Part shown: piece by piece, positions 50,853 to 64,000 of the stretch
Layout: each line of letters starts with the position of its first letter
How positions within the stretch are numbered: the first letter of the stretch is position 1
Assembly: GCF_001194135.2 (NCBI RefSeq)
Contig: NC_068985.1
Coordinates: forward strand, 101,834,041-101,898,040
Length of the DNA: 64,000 bases
Origin: Octopus bimaculoides
Lineage: Eukaryota
Direction: 5' to 3'
Notes under the pieces: generated by a model
Database searches by the model: none
What the model was told of the DNA's origin: nothing
What the model saw: only the letters and a program-made list of their open reading frames with translations
Translations under genes and position numbers: made by a program

Positions 50853-51443
50853 NNNNNNNNNNNNNNNNNNNNNNNNNNNNNNNNNNNNNNNNNNNNNNNN
50901 NNNNNNNNNNNNNNNNNNNNNNNNNNNNNNNNNNNNNNNNNNNNNNNNNNNNNNNNNNNNNNNNNNNNNNNNNNNNNNNNNNNNNNNNNNNNNNNNNNNN
51001 NNNNNNNNNNNNNNNNNNNNNNNNNNNNNNNNNNNNNNNNNNNNNNNNNNNNNNNNNNNNNNNNNNNNNNNNNNNNNNNNNNNNNNNNNNNNNNNNNNNN
51101 NNNNNNNNNNNNNNNNNNNNNNNNNNNNNNNNNNNNNNNNNNNNNNNNNNNNNNNNNNNNNNNNNNNNNNNNNNNNNNNNNNNNNNNNNNNNNNNNNNNN
51201 NNNNNNNNNNNNNNNNNNNNNNNNNNNNNNNNNNNNNNNNNNNNNNNNNNNNNNNNNNNNNNNNNNNNNNNNNNNNNNNNNNNNNNNNNNNNNNNNNNNN
51301 NNNNNNNNNNNNNNNNNNNNNNNNNNNNNNNNNNNNNNNNNNNNNNNNNNNNNNNNNNNNNNNNNNNNNNNNNNNNNNNNNNNNNNNNNNNNNNNNNNNN
51401 NNNNNNNNNNNNNNNNNNNATATATATACATGGAGAGAGGAAG

Positions 51444-51476
<33 letters not shown>

Positions 51477-51850
51477 TGTACGTATACAACTCGGAGCGTT
51501 GAATTGCTTACAGGTTATGCATATACATACAGGTATACACCAATTGGAACATGCATAATCACAAAGATAAATTTGCTCCTTATATGTATATACGTAAAAC
51601 GTCGATACACAGATACACACACATATATCCGTGTGTGTGTATGTATGTGTGTGTGTGTGTGTAAGTATAATTAGGTATACAGAAATGTATACATATATAC
51701 ATACACACGCATATATATAAGTGAATATAAATACTTGTATGCATAGATGTGTGATTGCTAGTGTAGGAATATATATTCATTTACACACATATATATGTAT
51801 ATGTATATATGTCTATGTATGTCTATGTATGTGTATGTATGTATATATAC

Positions 51851-52852
51851 AACCAGAATCAAGAGAGTTGAGTGAGTCTGAGCGAGGTCAAACCGTAGCT
51901 CATCATGAAGAGGAGATGCCTCAAAGGCAAATTGCTCAAAAGATGAAATGTTCTCTCCAGAACTTCAGAAAGACAAAAGATGTGAAGCCAACACAAAGAA
52001 CAGGCAGAAAAAAAAGGTTACATCACCTCGTGATGAACGATCCATCATCCGTCAGTCGCTCAGAAACAGAAGAAAAATATCCTCAAAGCTCTGTGCGGAC
52101 TTCAACACGGCAAATACTTCACAAACATCAAGCAGAACTGTTAGAAGAAGGCTTGTATAGTACGGTCTGAAAGGCTGTAAAGCCAGGAAGAAGCCATGGG
52201 TTTCTGAACCGGATATGGAAGAAACGTCATCTGTGGGTCAAAAACCACTCAAATTGGACGAGTGAGCAATGGTCAAAAGTTATATGGTCTGATGAGAGTA
52301 ACTATGAGGTAAGATAGTACATGTATTCAATCAACATATAACCTTAATGTAACTGGTTTGTCTCCCAAAATATATAAAAATGTATAAAAAATAAAGCTGA
52401 TATTATTTTTCATGTTTTTACTCAGGTTTTCAGTACAACTGGCGCAACTTCCACGCATCGCAGACTTGGGGAAGCATTTAAAGGCTGAATGTCTGGTACC
52501 AACCGTAAAACATGGGAGTTGTTCTAACATGGTGTGGGCCTGGATGTCTGCCACAAGACCTGGAGAATTGTTTTTATGTCAGGGAAGGATAAATTCAGCT
52601 ACCTATGCTTGTATGCTATCAAATTTTCTAGACCCACCAATTGCTAAATTGCATCTAGGTGTTTCGAAAACCAGTGTAATCTTTCAACAGAACAACGCTC
52701 CATGTCATACAGCAAAGAATACTCATCAATGGTTTCAGAGACAGGGTATTGTTCCCACGGACCGGCCAGCTCAAAGTCCCGATCTAAATCCGATCGAACA
52801 CCTATGGGGAACTCTTGGTGAAGCTATCAGGAACACAACAATTGAAAATAAA
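51851..52852 (+). pseudogene. Tc1-family (DD34E) transposase pseudogene, two exons
   Basis: SRELSESERGQ..QRQIAQKMKCS (HTH), RTGRKK..TSPRDERSI..SSRTVRRRL, WSKVIWSDESNYE | VFSTTGA..RR.GEAF.AECLVPTVKHG..MVW..FQQNNAPCHTAK..PAQSPDLNPIEHLW; second catalytic D changed to N, 34 residues to E; frameshifts; no TIRs seen. Confidence 0.92.
52309..52425 (+). other. Putative 117-bp phase-0 GT-AG intron in the Tc1 transposase
   Basis: gag|GTAAGA donor, branch-like CTGAT at 52397-52401, T-rich tract, ctcAG|gtt acceptor; removal restores colinearity with the Tc1 SDESKFE-LFG..RR..GE block. Confidence 0.8.
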
Positions 52853-53015
52853 GGCGATACGAAAGTGTCGCAGAAAATACAGAATCGTAGCAATGTTGCA
52901 CGCCTACAGCAGGGGTTGGACTCAACTTACAGATGGGCTGAGGACAATAATATGGAGTTTAATGCTGAAAAAGTCCAAGCCCTACACTACTAGCGCCAAG
53001 AACTGAATGTAAATG
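52853..53015 (+). mobile_element. Short CR1 RT fragment (family of 49290) abutting the Tc1
   Basis: DTKVSQKIQNRSNVARLQQGLDSTYRWAEDNNMEFNAEKVQALHY aligns to 49820-49960. Confidence 0.88.
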
Positions 53016-53076
53016 TTTTTATTTAATAGATAAGTGAGTACATATGTTTGTGTGCATACACACAAACACATATATA

Positions 53077-53115
<39 letters not shown>

Positions 53116-53499
53116 NNNNNNNNNNGTCTGTGTCTGTGTGTGTGTGTGCCTGATGTATAAATATATATATATGAAATAATTTGCAAATGCTTTTATGCAA
53201 ATATTCTGTTCACCAGGTCCATAGCGATGCAGTACGTTAATCACAATATTACCCAGGATGTCTCACATGGTTTTCATTTCCTTTATTGGAGTATATATTG
53301 CTGATATAATCAGTCCTGTGACTGTAGCTTTTTCTAGTTCACACTATTTGCTTGCGTTCCAATACTCGTAAGACGCTTTATACATTACCTTAACGTGGTG
53401 TTATATTTCCGTCTCTCTTTTTTTTATTTTTTTGTTGAGGAGATATTGATGATATTTCGCGAATTGTAGTGCTAAATATCGCTGAGAGAATGGTTTCAA

Positions 53500-54000
53500 C
53501 TTCCACAGCTGAATACATATGATCAACGGCATTTAAATCTTATCGATTATCAGTGACTATTTTTTCTAACGAACATGATATGGACTCACATCTTCTCGTT
53601 TCAATATATGTATCTGTCAACTCCTATATTGCGTTACTCCAGGTTTAATATATTCTGAATTAGATTCTAACGACATTCAATCTCAAATACTAGTTAGTAC
53701 CTTAATAATCTTTTCAGAATATGAGAGTAACAGAATGGCAATCATGTCTTCGGATGTGCCATAGATATCCTCAAAATATTCTTATAACATAAAACAAATT
53801 AAATAGCTCTTACATTCTTGAGATACACCTAAACCTGTATGCACAATCACAGTTAGTTATAATTTCATTATATTTTTAGTTATAGATTTCATAAAGTTGT
53901 CACTTGTTGTATTCAGACGTTGATGCAATGAATTCTCCATATTTTCAAATTTCTAAATAAACCCGGATTTATTTCTTCTACTTTGAAACCATGTTTCTTT
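53500..54000 (-). mobile_element. Possible ancient RTE-like LINE C-terminal remnant
   Basis: CYKNILRIS (cf. CYRRILRIS) followed by QIHILKRED (cf. GHILR.ED); very weak. Confidence 0.3.
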
Positions 54001-54723
54001 ATAACTGGCCTGTCCCTACGGAATATTTACTGATCACTAATAAGTAACACTGACAATCATAGGCTTAAACCAGACTGCAAACACACGAGAATTCATCATA
54101 TATGACAAAAAAATAGTTATATATACCACATATAAACAACATATTTTCTGCGGAATTATTTCCGGTATTATGGCAAGGCAAAACGAAGACATTTGAAATA
54201 TAACTCCAAATGTAATTGGTAGAACTATAGGCATGTTCAATCTAATGCGGACGTCTCGTGTATAGTTCTGCAGTTTTTATTTTGCTATGATGATCACACT
54301 GATGAATTTCGGACACTTACGTAAGTATTATGTAAGTGGTAACAATGAAACCGGGTATGTGATTAATATTTATATTTTGTATCTTTTCATTTGTCTTACT
54401 CACTTACATACTGGCGTTTGCTGAATTTTCTTGAGAACAATCTTTTCTTAGTGGTCAGACCGTATGGGGTCTACATCTAGCATAATGGATGTCCACTTAA
54501 TGGTCCTTTCTCTTATATGTATAACACATATATATTTAAATATATTTGTTAACAGAAATTCAATGCCACATAAAGTAAACGAAACGTGCTTCAATTGTTA
54601 TTTTTGTTTCGAGACCTAGTCATTGGAAACTCTCAAAAAGTCATTTCTGTAATTATTTTGAAAACTGGTGATGAATGTTCACTAACTAATGTAATATTAT
54701 AACAATACACGCAGGCACGCGCG

Positions 54724-54756
<33 letters not shown>

Positions 54757-55581
54757 GTACACACACACATACGTACATGCATACACAGACACTGTCTCAG
54801 ACACATGAAAAAACTCACACAGATACCTAACACACATACACATACACATCATTTGCAAACTGTAATTATGGAAGAATTATAATAAAAAACGCCAGAGGTA
54901 TTAATAACATGATAAATCATTTGTAAACATCTGAGATTGAAAAAGTACAACAAACATACAAAAAAAACTACAAAGCTGCAAATTAGATTTACACACAGGT
55001 AATGAGGAACGTGAGAAAATAATATTAAGCTATATGTAGGAGGAACGACAAGAAAATCATCCTTCCTTTTATATATCTGGGAACGATATAATTCATTGAA
55101 AGTACTTGAGGATGTTAGTATTTTTGTGTGACTGCACTAAACGACATCTTTAGATTCAGCAATTTATGCAGTTTACGAAATTAATGAAATAAATATTCCA
55201 GACTTGCACTCAAAGGAGAATTACAAAGGAAAATCAATAGTGTGTAATCCGGCGTGCAGTATATAGTGGATAAATCAATGCCAGGATTATCACTGTAGAC
55301 ACCAAAACCCAAACAGCTTGGAGGTATTGTCGTTGCATCTCCAAAGCATAATAATAGGGAAATGGAAATAAACCTGTACGCCATCGATCAAATAATTTGT
55401 GGGGAAATATAAAGTCAGCATCGTTGAAGGCTAAATTATCGTCAATAAAGTTCGATAAAGTCTGGTTTGCGAATATATCTACAGAAGCGCTGTTGAAGCA
55501 GTCCAGTTAGGCTTCTAATATATGAGTGTGTGAGTTTGTAAGTATTTATGCATGTATATATGTAATATATGTATGTATGGC

Positions 55582-55730
55582 CGCAGGCGTGGACCTGTGA
55601 TACCAAACTTGCTTCCCAATGACATGGTTCTGCGTTCAGTTCCACTTCGTCGCAAGTAGGGCAATTCCCTTCTGCTATTGCCTGAGGCACACCAAAGCCA
55701 AGTGTGTGAATTTGGCAGACGGAAATTTAC
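55582..55730 (+). mobile_element. Decayed SINE 5' half (family of 29971/44165)
   Basis: ggcgtgg...aacttgcttccc...catggttctgcgttcagttccac...accaaagcc..gtgtgaatttggcagacggaaa. Confidence 0.75.
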
Positions 55731-55854
55731 TTTTGCAGGTACAGTGTATTATCATTTTATTTCTTGAAATTTTCAGTCAACACAGATAGTTTAATCTTGT
55801 TCAACATCTTAAACAAAATAAATAAATAACTTATCTACGTGCTTTTATCTTCAC

Positions 55855-55922
55855 ATGGGGCCCCCTGTACCACGTAGGCCCTCTGAGACTGCAGGGGTTG
55901 CAGGGGCTTAGCGACGGCCCTG
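55855..55922 (-). mobile_element. Possible Harbinger-type MITE terminus
   Basis: GC-rich end cagggccgtcgctaagcccctgcaacccctgcag; partner TIR not found. Confidence 0.3.
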
Positions 55923-56868
55923 TCTCTATGTAACGGTTCTTGTCTACCATGCATCCATTTTTACCATGCTTCGATAGGACTGAGAGGTCCGGATCACACA
56001 TGTATGAACACACATACAGACACACATGAATACAAGTAGAACACAGTTAAAGTCCAATGTCTCACGAAGGTGAGTTGAGTCACCTACAAAGACAGGATTA
56101 TGGCATACGAAAATATATTCAGCAGAACCAACAGTGATAGAAGTGAACGCACACTATACAGACATGAACTAAAAAGACTCTTATATTACAGTATAGTATA
56201 GTATATTGCTTCTCCTATCTTCTTCCTAAGATCACCTACATCAAGCTTAACCATAGTTGATTGGTGGAGGCACAGAGACAATTCAAAGACCATGTAAATA
56301 CGCTTTAAAGAGGAAAATCCCCACCACTTCAAAAATGGAAAACATCATTATTTGTCATGTTGGCGGTCTCCTTCTTAGAGATAGACGGATGTTATGGAAA
56401 TGAAATGCACTCAATATTACAAGGAGAAAAAAAAAAAAAAACTCATGTACAGAAATAACTGACCGGTCCAGTCAAATATTTTATATGTCCGGTTTCCGAG
56501 TGAAGTTGCATATCAAGAACTGCAATGTGCATTCATCAAAGGAATTACGTATGAAGAAGATGGTCATCAATAGATTCCATTGGTAACTATAAAGCAAGCC
56601 TGTTACATTGCATAACATAAATCTTAAATATGTATGAATTAACTTTCGTACAACATAAATTGCTTTACTTCACACAAATAATTCCAATGATATTACCAAA
56701 TAGCAAAGATCAAAGACAAATATCAATGAGTGAGTCAAACGGTGGGTATGATTTTGGTGACTTTTGATTTGCAGCAATTGATAGAAGTTGAAATCGGTTT
56801 AGCTTGTATTAAATCGATTTAACATACGTACATATGCAGATACGTTTATACACACGTATACACACAGA

Positions 56869-56943
<75 letters not shown>

Positions 56944-57043
56944 ATACACTCGCACGCACACCCACTGACATACATGTACTATATATGTATACATCTAGAT
57001 ATGTACGTACGCATGTATTAGTGTAAGTATAATGAATATTACC

Positions 57044-57081
<38 letters not shown>

Positions 57082-57854
57082 GTATATATGTACACACACA
57101 AGCACACACACACACGTATGNNNNNNNNNNNNNNNNNNNNNNNNNNNNNNNNNNNNNNNNNNNNNNNNNNNNNNNNNNNNNNNNNNNNNNNNNNNNNNNN
57201 NNNNNNNNNNNNNNNNNNNNNNNNNNNNNNNNNNNNNNNNATATATATAAGAAGAATTAGTGAATGAAAAATTGGAGAGGAAAATGGCGACAGGGAGACA
57301 GGTAGAGAGGGGGGGGATGAACAGACAGACAAACAAATAAATCGATACATAGACATATTCATTAAAAGATAGATAGATGGATACATAGATAGATGGATAC
57401 ATAGATAGATAGTGTGTAAAAGGAGAAACAGAGAGAGTTTGCTAGTTATATACGTTAGAATCCTAGTAAAAGTAAATCTACTTCAAAGGTTTTGATGTTC
57501 AAAACAATTCTAACAATTATACTCCAGACAATTAAACAATTACGCACTTGAAAGGTGATACATTTGAGCATAACAATAGTTATTTAAACTTATATATATT
57601 AGTGAAGGGATTAGGTGCCGGTCTAGTGTCTAGCGGTAATAGTTCATGTAAAAATTTCGACTGAAGCTGAAATGCAACGTTCACCATATCATTGACAATC
57701 ACTATGAGTCAATTTATTTATATAGAATGGGCACTCTCTAAATTGACTTGGGAACAGATATGGCGGTGTGAATAAACTGATCACAGCGAGATGGATTAAC
57801 GATTTATGACTGAACTTAGGAAAAGTTAACTGTTTGGAAACCCAGGTCCATTGC

Positions 57855-57892
<38 letters not shown>

Positions 57893-58794
57893 TCTGTTAA
57901 AGTCTGTCATACCGGCCATGATGAGATACCACAAGGTATAGAAAATACATATTCGCCTTTATATATTTAATCCTTTATATTGAACGCTCAATATTTCATC
58001 TATTCAATAAGACATATTCCATATATTCAATAAGACATTCAATACTTTATTTCATTGTGCCATCCATTTTTATTTTATATTATATATTGTATATTATATT
58101 ATATATTGTATATTCCATATTCTATATCCCACATTGGTTTTGCAGGTATATAAATAAAACATAAAAAAACAGACAGTGTTGGAACACTTTTACACAAAAT
58201 AATATATTCCTCTATACACAATCATACAAAACCCCTTTTTTGTATTTATTTTTACTCGCATATATATATATATATATGAAATATAAATGAGTAATAAGAT
58301 GTACAGGTGTCAAATAAGTACGGTCATTTGAAGTAACTCCTTCAATTTATTGATGAAGACATTACATCGTTTGATAGAAACCGTTTTCGTTAGTTGACTG
58401 CATAGACATCAATTTCTTTAACATTTTCACATCAATAATGGAATTCAATTTTTTGTCATATCTGTGGCAGAATGGGTTTATAAAATAATGCATACTTTTT
58501 AAAATCTACTATGATTATAGGTTTTTTATATGTTTGATGTTTGAAGACTATGGGGTCATCTGACGAGAATGTTTTCTTTCAAATGATGAAATGATTTCAT
58601 TAAACAATTAAGGGATTTGCGTGAAACGTCCGTAATGAATTAACACCAGTACATCTTTGTTACTCATTTATATTTTATTAACCTAACTTGGAATTTGCAC
58701 TTCGAAAATTTTACAGAAATTACCTTTAACAAAAAAACTCGTCTGAATTACCAAGAGCGGAAATCTTCCTTTAGCTGGGTTACGTTGTTTGCAC

Positions 58795-59035
58795 ACACGG
58801 CAGGAATATGCCGATTGTCAAGCGTGGTGGCGGTTACACACAGACACAAACACATGCACACACACACACTCACACGCACACACATATACATATATACGAC
58901 GGGCTTCTTCACGTTGCCCTCTACCAAATCCACTCGCAAAGCTTTGTTAGGCACAAGATTATAGCAGAAGACAATAGAGGAAGGTGCCACACATCGAGAT
59001 TGAACACGGTAAGCAAGTTTGTTGCCACATAGTTA
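58795..59035 (-). mobile_element. Decayed SINE with internal CA microsatellite (family of 29971)
   Basis: Reverse complement gives ..tgtggcacctt...gtcttctgctata...gagtggatttggtagagggcaac.tgaagaagcccgtcgtatat(tg)n...accacgcttgacaa. Confidence 0.8.
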
Positions 59036-59819
59036 CACTTGTGACTATGATATCCGTAAAAACTGAATATTGTTGCCAAGTCAATTGTAATCTAAGGGGA
59101 AATCTCGGAATTTTTGTGTAGCCTAAATCGGAACTTATCCATGTAACCTCTGTTGAAATTTACTCCATGCTTAAACAACTAGTCTTCTCTCTAGACACAG
59201 TTTGTTTGGGACTGTATTATCAGATCTGTATATTCTTACAAATAATTGCAAGATATTATTTGAAGCCGATTTGTTCACTATATTTTAACAGGCCAAGCAA
59301 CACAATACCAATATTCTTATTCAGCTGTATTTGTATGTATTATCATATACACATATGTCTACGCGAGACATGTTAGGTACAGTTCAATTACATTCAATCT
59401 GACACAAAATCTCATCTTTTTCGCAAGATATTTAATATTCGAACGTTATTACATTATTTCAGATAAATAATATGAGGTTATTACGAGGTCGGTGCTGTTA
59501 TTTGCATTATAACATCATTTTGTATGATATATGTAAGCCTACTATATCCATCAAATCCATTTCTGGACAAGTCGCAACTGTTCGCCAGTTCTATATAAAT
59601 ATAATATAATGCAATTTTAGCGTTTGTAGATGCGGTGTCCATTGAATCAATTAGCTTTGAACGGCAAGCAAGACGTTTGATTGAATTGCTATGCCAACAG
59701 ATTAATACTTGCTCTACCATCCATGAAAATTAGTCCAGTGTAGCAAATTTATTACCGAAAAAGTTTTGTGCTACTCAAAATTCATAAACACGCACACACA
59801 TACATAGATGCATAGATAC

Positions 59820-59963
<144 letters not shown>

Positions 59964-61299
59964 ACTTGTACATGTGTTTTAGTATATATGTGCATATGTA
60001 CGCACGTATGTATGCATATATATAGATATAAATTTATATATATATATACATTTGCATACGTTTGTGAGTATATATATGCATACGTGCATATGTATGCATA
60101 TATGTAGATATATATATTTATATATACTTGTATACGTGTGTGAGTATATTTATGCACACGTACATATGTATGCATATATATATATTTGTCTGTTTGTGTA
60201 TGTGTGTGGGTGTATTGTGTATATGCTTATGTTTTTCTTCGTATTTCAGGTTATATATAAAACAATTTAACATTAACCTGGATGATTACACAATACTTTT
60301 CACTGGAGTATGTCTTTATTAAACTTTTATAGCAAAATGTTGTCGTTAACTTTGATGTTTCACCATGTTCCCATGCGTGAAACTATTTGACGAAGACGAG
60401 CAAAGTGAAACTTCGAAGTCACTAGCAAAATTGTCCATGTAAATGTGTGTGTGTGTGAGTGTATTATTTAATCAGCTTGTCTCGGCTCTTTGCCACTAAA
60501 AGTTTCTTGAGTGTCTCATAGTGACACCTCACATTCTTAGATTACCGAGGGGCCTAGTAATTCAGTTTTAGAGTATACATATAACACCTACTAAATGAAC
60601 TGAGTGAGTCTTCCTTTCCTTTCTCCTCTCACATTTATATATATATATATATATNNNNNNNNNNNNNNNNNNNNNNNNNNNNNNNNNNNNNNNNNNNNNN
60701 NNNNNNNNNNNNNNNNNNNNNNNNNNNNNNNNNNNNNNNNNNNNNNNNNNNNNNNNNNNNNNNNNNNNNNNNNNNNNNNNNNNNNNNNNNNNNNNNNNNN
60801 NNNNNNNNNNNNNNNNNNNNNNNNNNNNNNNNNNNNNNNNNNNNNNNNNNNNNNNNNNNNNNNNNNNNNNNNNNNNNNNNNNNNNNNNNNNNNNNNNNNN
60901 NNNNNNNNNNNNNNNNNNNNNNNNNNNNNNNNNNNNNNNNNNNNNNNNNNNNATATATGTGTGTGTGTGTGTGTGTATGTGTGTGTGTGTGTGTATGTGT
61001 GTGTGTATGTGTGTGTGTGTGTTTGTGTGTGTGAGTGTGTGTGTATGGGAGAATTTACGACAACAAACGAAGACAGGTTGTGTAAACAACAAATTGATGT
61101 ATAAGTTTAACGCTCGGAATAGTGAATGCCTTTAACGTTTCGTGCATACGCTCTTCAACTGAAAGGAACACAGAAAAAAAACAAAAATGGAGGTTTACAT
61201 AAGTGAAAAAGTTCAAAGGTTCCAGACGTCGTGGTATATTGCGGTGATTTCAAATCAGTAGATAGATCCAGTGTAATCCGTGATACACACACACACCAT

Positions 61300-61375
<76 letters not shown>

Positions 61376-62230
61376 ATGTTTGTGTATGTATACATATCTC
61401 TGTTGGTGAACGAGACAGAATGAGACAGAGAAAGTAGGATTGTAATACGCCTGCATATATTTGCGTGGAGTTTAAGTGAATAAGTTTTGTACGCACATAT
61501 ACATTTCCCAATAATTGTAGAAATATTCACCATGTTTTCACATTACATAAACGTTGTAGAGTTACGTTTGTGGCGAATTCTGCAAACTTATTTCAAACCA
61601 GACATATGAGAGAATCTCAGTGTGTCTACACTGATTAATCTATCCTACTGTTCACGTACTATCCATCATGTTACACATGAGATATACAGGAATATATATG
61701 TGTGTATGGGAATGTAAGGGTGTGTTTTCGTGGTCATCTGCGCACATTTATGTGATTTCACAGATAGGTAAAATGTAACTATTTGAATTTATATGGTATA
61801 TTATGTGCAAGATGTATGGAAACACTGCCAAAAACATAAATATATATATACGAGTACGTTTCTATCTATGTTTATATGTATATAAACATATCTATATATG
61901 TTCGTATATCTGTGTGTGATGCTGGTATATGAACCCGAATATGTATGTAGAGAAATGTGTGTATATGTGTGTTTGTGTGAGTGTGTGTGTGCGCTCGCGT
62001 GCCTGTGTGTGTGTGTGTGTGTTTGTCTATATATGTATCATATATATTCAAATATAAGAATGTCTCCTTGAATATGTCTACATGTTACATTTCCCAGAAA
62101 GTATGTACCTAACTCATTCAAACATATACATGCATGCCCACGTGTACTAACACATGAATACACGCGCACACGCATACACTCACACACGCACGCACACGCA
62201 TACATACACATACACGCGCGCGCGCACGCA

Positions 62231-62270
<40 letters not shown>

Positions 62271-63951
62271 NNNNNNNNNNNNNNNNNNNNNNNNNNNNNN
62301 NNNNNNNNNNNNNNNNNNNNNNNNNNNNNNNNNNNNNNNNNNNNNNNNNNNNNNNNNNNNNNNNNNNNNNNNNNNNNNNNNNNNNNNNNNNNNNNNNTAT
62401 ATATATATATATATATATATGTACGTATGTATGTTAGTATGTGTATATACATATATATGTCCAGATATATGTATGAACATATATGCGTCAATGTATCTAT
62501 GTCTACTCATGTGAGCTGTACATGCGAGTGCGCATTTATGTTTAAGAACATGATTGATGGTAGTTTGAAGATTGATTAACAAACGGAAGTCAAGCACTAC
62601 TTCAATTATTCGTGTCCAGGAAGCTGATTGTATTTTGATACAATCACCTCCTATGATTGCTTTATATATCTATCGTTTTGATGGACTCCATGATATTTGC
62701 AGTCATCCAGTCAATTTTCTGCATCACTGGTTCTATGAAGCACGTGGCAAAAATTGTATTGAAAAACAAATCAACTAAAAACATCAATTTAATGTCATAG
62801 AATAGCAGAACGTATGAATCCAAAAGGTTTTCTTTTTAGGTTATATAGATGGCAAGTGAATGTCGTTTTGTCTGAATAGGTGAGTGTGTGTGTGTGGGCG
62901 CATGTATGTGTGTGTTTGCATGTGTGTAACTATCAATGTGTCTGGTTTTGTTATTGTTGATTCATATACGGCAGAATATTTTGTGCAATTACGTGTGTGT
63001 AATTCAGTAAGTGAACATACAACTTATTGTATCATATATATGTATAGTATGCACATTTGTATATATGTAACTATGTATGTTTATATTTATGTATATGTGT
63101 GCGTGTGTATCTGTGTGTAAATGTGTGTATGTGCGTGCGTTTGCGTGTGTATGTTTTTTTTTATGAATGCGTGGACAAATGGAAGGAATTGGCACTCCAC
63201 TCATTCCGCAGAAGTTACGTACAGACTTAACAGTTTTACTCTCCTACTTGTGACGTAAAATTTCGTAGATGCGTGAGATGGAGATATACTGTCTGACACC
63301 AGACATGATGTGTGTGTGAGAGAGTGTTTGTTGTGTGAGTTTGTGTATGTGTGCAACTGTGTACACAAGAGTGCAATTGTGGTCATGTATTTGTGAATAT
63401 GTTTGTAAAATTTTACAAGGTAAAAATCGATTGTGACTTGCTCACCTTCACCGAATCGAAACTAAGAATCCAAGGGGAAACTCTTCTCTAAAAAGTAAAA
63501 TATATGTACTCTATTAAAAAGCATTGTATAATCCTTCGTTTGATGTTTTATCGTTTTATAATATAGAACTAAACTTACACATTAATATTTATATCTTTCT
63601 ATCGATCTATTTATCTAACTTTCTATAAAGTGTATTTCCTTGTAGAATTAATTTGAATTAAGGAATTTCATCATTCAGGAAAAGAAACGAGGGTCGAGCA
63701 TGGCACATTAGTGCATATACTATATACAAACACATCCGTATAGAGCTGTACATGTACTGACATAATCATACACCTATATATGCATGTACATAAATACACA
63801 CGCATATAAATATACATATACATGTGAACGTATGCACATGCACAGAGGCAAGCATGTTTACGATCCAATGCAAGCTTCAGATACAACATAGGAAAGCCCA
63901 TGTCTCTTTTTCTTTTATCAATTTATCTATCTGTCTTTCTCTCGCTCTCTC

Positions 63952-64000
<49 letters not shown>

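Noticed and set aside
58300-58600. Possible Tc1/mariner right end (tacaggtgtcaaataagtac)
   Set aside because: No convincing transposase peptide or partner TIR.

Overview
AT-rich, microsatellite-saturated eukaryotic scaffold with 13 N-gaps (5385-5538, 11212-11893, 13362-13564, 14352-14884, 19922-19948, 22857-23794, 29312-29357, 30065-30236, 50853-51419, 53116-53125, 57121-57240, 60655-60952, 62271-62397). The SINE and LINE families resemble those I recall from octopus (coleoid cephalopod) genomes; this is recall, not a database result. I found no intact host gene, true tRNA/rRNA gene or CRISPR array, and almost all ORFs in the track are artefacts of gaps or simple repeats. The recognisable content is decayed transposons: Penelope-like elements (3-4 pieces, some with hammerhead-ribozyme-like motifs), two mariner (DD34D-type) copies, a DD41D rosa-type copy, a DD34E Tc1 copy, non-LTR fragments of R4/Dong, Hero, RTE, CR1 and possibly Tx1 type, and several tRNA-derived SINEs. 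The most unusual items are (1) a fold-back (palindromic) element family embedded in (TA)n, present as a ~770-bp and a 252-bp form related by a microhomology deletion that regenerates a palindrome, (2) a Tc1 transposase split by an apparent 117-bp spliceosomal intron and fused in frame to a CR1 reverse-transcriptase fragment, and (3) a hammerhead core with an intact stem II next to a Penelope RT fragment. Element boundaries are approximate unless TIRs or TSDs are quoted.
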